From Limnochordia bacterium (GTDB taxonomy: Bacteria; Bacillota; Limnochordia; DTU080), in the NCBI GenBank assembly GCA_050951545.1, contig JBMNJG010000010.1, positions 1 to 64,000 on the forward strand: 64,000 nucleotides of DNA, read 5' to 3'. Position 1 is the stretch's first letter. Each line of letters starts with the position of its first letter. Both the position numbers and the translations under genes were made by a program. Positions 59,146 to 64,000 of this stretch are shown here, piece after piece. The notes under the pieces are model-generated. The model was not told where the DNA came from and made no database searches. It was given only the letters and a program-made list of their open reading frames with translations.

Positions 59146-60249
59146 GTGTCTTGGCGCACCTATCTTCGCGATCATCTGCCCTTTGTCGCTCTGTTCGTTG
59201 GCTTTGCCCTCGTGACGGTGGCCGTGGTCGAATTGGACTTGCGCCTATCGCAGGGCACACTGCAGTGGGTTAACGCCTTATATATCCTGCTCTTCGCCCT
59301 GGTAGCCTTGAGCGGGGCCCTGCTTACTGATTACTACAGGCAGAAGCCCTTTTTGGTTCAGTTGGGCCAAGTGACTGGCAGTGAGCCCCTGGATCAGTTG
59401 GGCCTACTGGCACCAGCGCATACAGCCGCGCAAGCTCTTGTGAGCGCCGCCTGGGAGCGTCTTTACGGCCGCCTAAGGGCAGAGCTGGTGCAGGAGAGGA
59501 CTCGTAGTCGCCACCAGATCGATATCCTAAGCCAGTGGGCACACCACATGAAAACACCAGTCTCCGTGATAGACCTGGAGCTACAGAAAGCCCATCAGGA
59601 GAGCTACCCACCTGAGGTGCAGGCGGTGATGGATAGCATAAGAGAGGAAAACCAGCGGCTCAACAACTCGTTACAGGCACTACTGAACATGGTGCGGTTG
59701 GAGGACTTCGCCACCGATTTGCGCATAGAGCGAGTTGATCTAGATCAGCTAGTGCGCTCGTTGGTCAACGCGCATAAGCGCGAGTTCATCACCCGTCGAG
59801 TCTATCCGCAAGTGGAAGTAGGTCAGGGAGCAGGCACTGTCGTAGAGACTGATGCCAAGTGGCTTCGATTTGTGTTACAGCAGGTGCTGAGTAACGCCCT
59901 CAAGTACGCTGCGCCAGCGCCAGCTACCGGGCAAATCTGCTTTCGCCTCTACCAAGAACGAGGGGAGACCCTCTTGAGCGTGGAAGACAACGGACCTGGT
60001 ATACCCCCTGAGGATTTGCCGCGTGTGTGTCAGCCCTTCTTCACTGGGCAAAACGGGCGCCTTCATCCGGCTGCCACAGGCATGGGACTCTACTTTGCCG
60101 CCGAGGTTTGCAGACGCCTGGACCACCGACTGGTAGTAGAGTCGCTTGTGGGCCAAGGGACCACGGTACGCATTGGTTTTCCCGCTGGGCGCACTATTTT
60201 TTCCGATTTAGAAGAGCAGGCCCGTGAGATGCCGCTACCTCCAACATGA
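59146..60249 (+). CDS. Intramembrane-sensing histidine kinase, BceS/GraS-like
   Basis: Two N-terminal TM helices with a short loop; WAHHMKTPVS, TDAKWL.FVL.Q..SNALKY, DNGPGIP..DLPRV..PFFTG.NG, TGMGLY. Confidence 0.9.
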   Translation: MSWRTYLRDHLPFVALFVGFALVTVAVVELDLRLSQGTLQWVNALYILLFALVALSGALLTDYYRQKPFLVQLGQVTGSEPLDQLGLLAPAHTAAQALVSAAWERLYGRLRAELVQERTRSRHQIDILSQWAHHMKTPVSVIDLELQKAHQESYPPEVQAVMDSIREENQRLNNSLQALLNMVRLEDFATDLRIERVDLDQLVRSLVNAHKREFITRRVYPQVEVGQGAGTVVETDAKWLRFVLQQVLSNALKYAAPAPATGQICFRLYQERGETLLSVEDNGPGIPPEDLPRVCQPFFTGQNGRLHPAATGMGLYFAAEVCRRLDHRLVVESLVGQGTTVRIGFPAGRTIFSDLEEQAREMPLPPT

Positions 60250-60272
60250 CAGAAATGAAAGGTTGCTGCAAG
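60247..60272 (+). promoter_or_regulatory. Candidate BceR-type operator
   Basis: TGACA-GAAA-TGAAAG (60247-61), one mismatch from the TNACA-N4-TGTAA consensus, plus a second half-site TGCAAG (60267-72), directly after the kinase. Confidence 0.45.
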
Positions 60273-61515
60273 TCAGATCGATGGGGCCACGCAAAAAAAT
60301 GCGGTAATCTCCCTGCGTTCGCTGGGGTTGGTGGTAAGAACCTAGCGATGCGGTCTTCGCGAAGCCCTTTTTGCTCATTTTGATCGCCCGAAGGGCTCTT
60401 TTCCCCGCCTAAGGGCACACTTTCCCGCCTTGATTTCGCTTCTGGGGTTACCGGGCAGCACATAACCGAACGGTAGTGACTGCCTTTTCCCACTCAGACG
60501 ATTGGGTCAGCTCTCCAGTGCGCGATCACAGCGGGCTCGCTCGGATCCCTCTGCGGACCAACCCTTCGGTGTTAACCCGGTCGGTGTGTTTCGAAAAGGG
60601 TGGACGGACACCATGCACCATGCACACGCTCGCGAGACTGGCTCGGTAGTCGGACAGATGCACCCGGATTGGTACGTGAGTCGGGGCCAAGAATCCGACC
60701 ATGATGGCAAAAGAGCCGCCCCATTAACCCCCGGGCCCAATGTACGTGGTAAAAGTGCAGCGATGCGGCCTTCGCGAAGCCCTTTTTGCTCATTTTGATC
60801 GCCCGAAGGGCTCATTTCCCCGCCCAAGAGCACGCTTTCTCGTCTCAGCGGCCCTTCTGGAGCTACTGGGCAGCACATAACCGAACGGTAGTGACTGCCT
60901 TTTCCCACTCAGACGATTGGATCCGCTCTCCAGTGCGCGATCACAGCGGGCTCGCTCGGATCCCTCTGCGGACCAACCCTTCGGTGTTGCCCCGGTCGGT
61001 GCATTTCGAAAAAGGTGGGCAGACACCATGCACACGCTCGCGAGACTGGCTCGGTAGTCGGACAGATGCACCCGGATTGGTACGTGAGTCGGGGCCAAGA
61101 ATCCGACCGCGATGGCAAAAGAGCCGCCCCATTAACCCCCGGAGCCAGTGTGCGTGGTAAAAGTGCAGCGATGCGGTCTTCGCGAAGCCCTTTTTGCTCA
61201 TTTTGATCGCCCGAAGGGCTCATTTCCCCGCCCAAGAGCACGCTTTCTCGTCTCAGCGGCCCTTCTGGAGCTACCGGGCAGCACATAACCGAACGGTAGT
61301 GACTGCCTTTTCCCACTCAGACGATTGGATCCGCTCTCCAGTGCGCGATCACAGCGGGCTCGCTCGGATCCCTCTGCGGACCAACCCTTCGGTGTTGCCC
61401 CGTGTTTTTGATAGCCTCAAGTAGGGCCAAATGATCATCGAGAATGAGGCCACCAAAATTATCCAATTCCCTGTATGCTTGAGTTGCGAAACAGAGCATA
61501 CGGGGGGAAACTGGA

Positions 61516-63033
61516 GTGGTTAAGGTGGCCAAGGTTAAGGATATCATTCATCTCTACGAACGGGAAGACTGGTCCAAGCGAAAGATTGCGAAGCATTTCG
61601 GGATTTCGAGGGGGACAGTGGATCGCGTGGTGGCCAACCCCGACAGATATCTGCCAAAGTCGGAGCCTGTCGATCGCACGTCGTCAAAGATGACCACCCA
61701 GATCATGGCCTTCATCGATGGCATCATCGAGAGCGACAAGAAGATCAACCGCAAGCAGCGCCATACGAGCAGGCGGATATGGGAAAGGGTCATTGAGGAG
61801 TTTGGCGAGGACAGCTCGCCGGCAGAGTCGACGGTACGGCGGTATGTGGGTAAGGTTAAGAAGCGCAATCCCGAGCCGTTCATCCCCCTGGGCTTCGTTG
61901 CGGGGCAGAGCATGCAAGGGGATTTTGGAGAGGTCACGGTAAAGATCGACGGTGAGAAGTGCAGAGTCTATTTCTGGGCACAACGCTTGAGTTACAGCAG
62001 AGCCACATGCGTCGGCGTATACCCCCGAGCGACTCAGGAGTGCTTTCTGGACGGCCAGCAACGGGCGCTGCAGTTCTTCGATGGCGTCCCGGTGATGCAT
62101 ATCATCGACAATCTGAAGGCCGCTATCAAGAGTGGCTTAGGCAGAAACGCCGTTGAGACCGAGCGCTACGATGCCTTTCAGACTCACTACGGCTTTCGTA
62201 CGGAGGCCTGCAACGGAGCTTCAGGCAACGAAAAAGGCCAGGTAGAAAGCCTTGTGGGGTTCGTCCAGAGAAACTGGTTCTCCGGATTGCCTGAGTTCAA
62301 TGCCTGGGAAGAGCTGATCGCGTATGTGGACACGCAAAACGTGCGTTACCTAAAGCGTCACCACCCGGAGGAGCCAGGGCGTACGGTGGGCGAGCTCCTC
62401 GAAGAGGAACGCCGCGTCTTACGAGCGCTTCCACCACCTTTCCGGTGCTGCAAAGAGGGCCCGGTAACGGCTTCGAAGACCAGCCTCGTGACATATGACA
62501 CAAACCAGTATTCTGTTCCGACGGAGAAACGACTGGAAGCGCTGACTCTTAGGGCCTATCCTTGGCATGTTGAAGTCCTCTGTGACCACCAGGTGATCGC
62601 GACGCACGTCAGGTCATACGTAAAGCGGACCGTCTCCTTTGAACTATCGCATTACCTGACGGCATTACTGCGCAAACCCCGTGCTCTGCCGTTTGCGAAG
62701 CCATTCCAGCGGGCTCGCCTCGAGCCCATCATGCGGCAGCTCTATGATCGTCTGCTTGAGGTGGACCCCGATCGCGCTAATCGTCGCTGGATAGAGATTG
62801 CCATCTGGGGTCTGGAGTTGGACCCAGCCAGGTTCTACAGAACTATTGAGCAGGCACTTAAGCTGGACCGATTTGATATGGAAAGCCTTCGTTACCTCCA
62901 CACCCAGTTGGATTTGGAGCCGGGTCAGCCCAAGTCAAAACCGGCGAAGGTTGAGGATCGCCTGAGCTTCTCAATCGTACACGAATCGATCAATCGCTTC
63001 TCAGAGCTTCTTTCGGGGGGCATGGGCCTGTGA
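61516..63033 (+). CDS. istA: IS21 transposase IstA
   Basis: N-terminal HTH; RKQRHT..RIW, QGDFG, LSYSR, FFDGVP...IDNLK, GNEKGQVE..V, NQYSVP. Confidence 0.92.
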   Translation: MVKVAKVKDIIHLYEREDWSKRKIAKHFGISRGTVDRVVANPDRYLPKSEPVDRTSSKMTTQIMAFIDGIIESDKKINRKQRHTSRRIWERVIEEFGEDSSPAESTVRRYVGKVKKRNPEPFIPLGFVAGQSMQGDFGEVTVKIDGEKCRVYFWAQRLSYSRATCVGVYPRATQECFLDGQQRALQFFDGVPVMHIIDNLKAAIKSGLGRNAVETERYDAFQTHYGFRTEACNGASGNEKGQVESLVGFVQRNWFSGLPEFNAWEELIAYVDTQNVRYLKRHHPEEPGRTVGELLEEERRVLRALPPPFRCCKEGPVTASKTSLVTYDTNQYSVPTEKRLEALTLRAYPWHVEVLCDHQVIATHVRSYVKRTVSFELSHYLTALLRKPRALPFAKPFQRARLEPIMRQLYDRLLEVDPDRANRRWIEIAIWGLELDPARFYRTIEQALKLDRFDMESLRYLHTQLDLEPGQPKSKPAKVEDRLSFSIVHESINRFSELLSGGMGL

Positions 63034-63795
63034 GTACAGAGGTGATACCTTCTTTACCTCAAGACGCTTGGACTACCCGGTATTGCCCGTTCCTATGAGA
63101 AACTAGCCGCTCAGGCCCGGCGCGACCGTTGTGGATACGAGGAGTTCCTGCAGAGCCTTTTGCAGGAGGAGTTGCAGAATCGCAAAGTGTGCCGTGTTCG
63201 GACGCTCCTCAAATCGGCACGATTCCCTCTGCTGAAGCAGCTAGACACGTTTGAGTTCGACGAAATCCCTTCTCTCAACCGACAAGTGGTGAAGGAGCTC
63301 GCCAGAAATCACTACATCCCCGCTAAGGAAAACGTCCTGATCTGTGGCAACAGCGGCACGGGAAAGACACATGTCGCCACCGCGTTAGGCATATCAGCCT
63401 GCGAAGCTGGGTACCGGGTCCGTTTCACCACAACGCAAGCGCTGGCAAACGACCTGCTTGCAGCCAGGGAGGAGCATTCACTCAACCGGTACGAAAAGCA
63501 GTGGTCGAGGATCGATTTGGCGATCATCGACGAGCTGGGGTACTTGCCATTCGATGCGACTACGGCTCAACTCCTATTCCAGTTCATCTCCGCCCGCTAC
63601 GAACTCGGGAGCATCATGATCACTACCAATCTCGAGTTTGCTCAGTGGACGGAAGTCTTCGGTGATGAGCGCATGACGATTGCCCTGCTCGACAGGCTGA
63701 CCCATCGTGCACACATCCTACTCATGAACGGAGAAAGCTATCGGTTCAAGAACAACCGGCGCGCCGGCCAAGGAGGTGATGCGCCGAGCGCGTAA
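63030..63795 (+). CDS. istB: IS21 helper ATPase IstB, with an apparent +1 frameshift near 63048-63054
   Basis: GNSGTGKTH Walker A, IIDELGY, ITTN, ALLDRLTH. The IstB-like N-terminus YLKTLGLPGI..YEEFL lies in frame upstream of 63160, but the GTG at 63030 is one base out of frame. Confidence 0.85.
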
Positions 63796-64000
63796 CCCCG
63801 ACAGGGTGGCTCTATTCTGGTGATCAAATGGCCTCATTCTCGATTGACAAACACACCCCGGTCGGTGCATTTCGAAAAAGGTGGGCAGACACCATGGACA
63901 CGCTCGCGAAACAGGCCCTGCAGTCAGGCACCAGCCGGATTGGTACGTGAGTCGGGGCCAAGAATCCGACCGCCATGGCAAAAGAGCCGCCTCATTAGCC

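Larger units (their letters stand above)
61403..63855 (+). mobile_element. IS21-family insertion sequence
   Basis: TG...CA ends; imperfect IRs sharing ATCGAGAATGAGGCCA; 5-bp target duplication CCCCG (61398-402, 63856-60). Confidence 0.92.
60283..64000 (+). repeat. Tandem array B of the same ~408-bp unit; third unit split by IS21; runs off the window
   Basis: Anchor AGCGATGCGG at 60344, 60759 and 61167 (periods 415, 408). Unit 3 stops at 61402 and resumes at 63856. Confidence 0.95.

Noticed and set aside
60507-61316. Repeated ~135-aa minus-strand ORFs (MGKGSHYRSV...) as a real protein family
   Set aside because: Periods of 407 and 415 and small indels break the frame between units. There is no clear RBS and the composition is atypical. 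Not fully excluded without proteomics.
1-64000. rRNA, tRNA, riboswitches, prophage genes and the many short overlapping ORFs
   Set aside because: No recognisable RNA gene or phage structural motifs. The short ORFs are mostly antisense or out-of-frame shadows of well-supported genes in GC-rich DNA.

Overview
GC-rich bacterial DNA that looks like an anaerobic Bacillota, possibly Limnochordia (inferred from gene content and SigH-like promoters). It is dominated by carbohydrate foraging: ten ABC sugar-binding proteins with no permease or ATPase in view, large secreted polysaccharide-lyase-like proteins, a GH42 beta-galactosidase and an uncharacterised amino-sugar/cyclitol catabolic cluster. It also carries an IS1634, an IS21, an extended ECF sigma factor and a BceRS-like two-component system. 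The most unusual feature is a family of ~408-bp tandem repeat arrays present twice in the same orientation (about 28577-30065 and 60283 to the window end). Both start with the same distinct leader, and their units are mosaics of interchangeable sequence blocks. The first array runs directly into a gene for a tandem winged-HTH plus Vsr/DUF559-like nuclease. The second sits just past a probable BceR-type operator, where a BceAB transporter would be expected, and is itself interrupted by the IS21. I cannot assign this array-plus-nuclease module to a known system. All family assignments come from motifs recognised by eye, not from database searches. Several single-base frameshifts may be long-read assembly errors.
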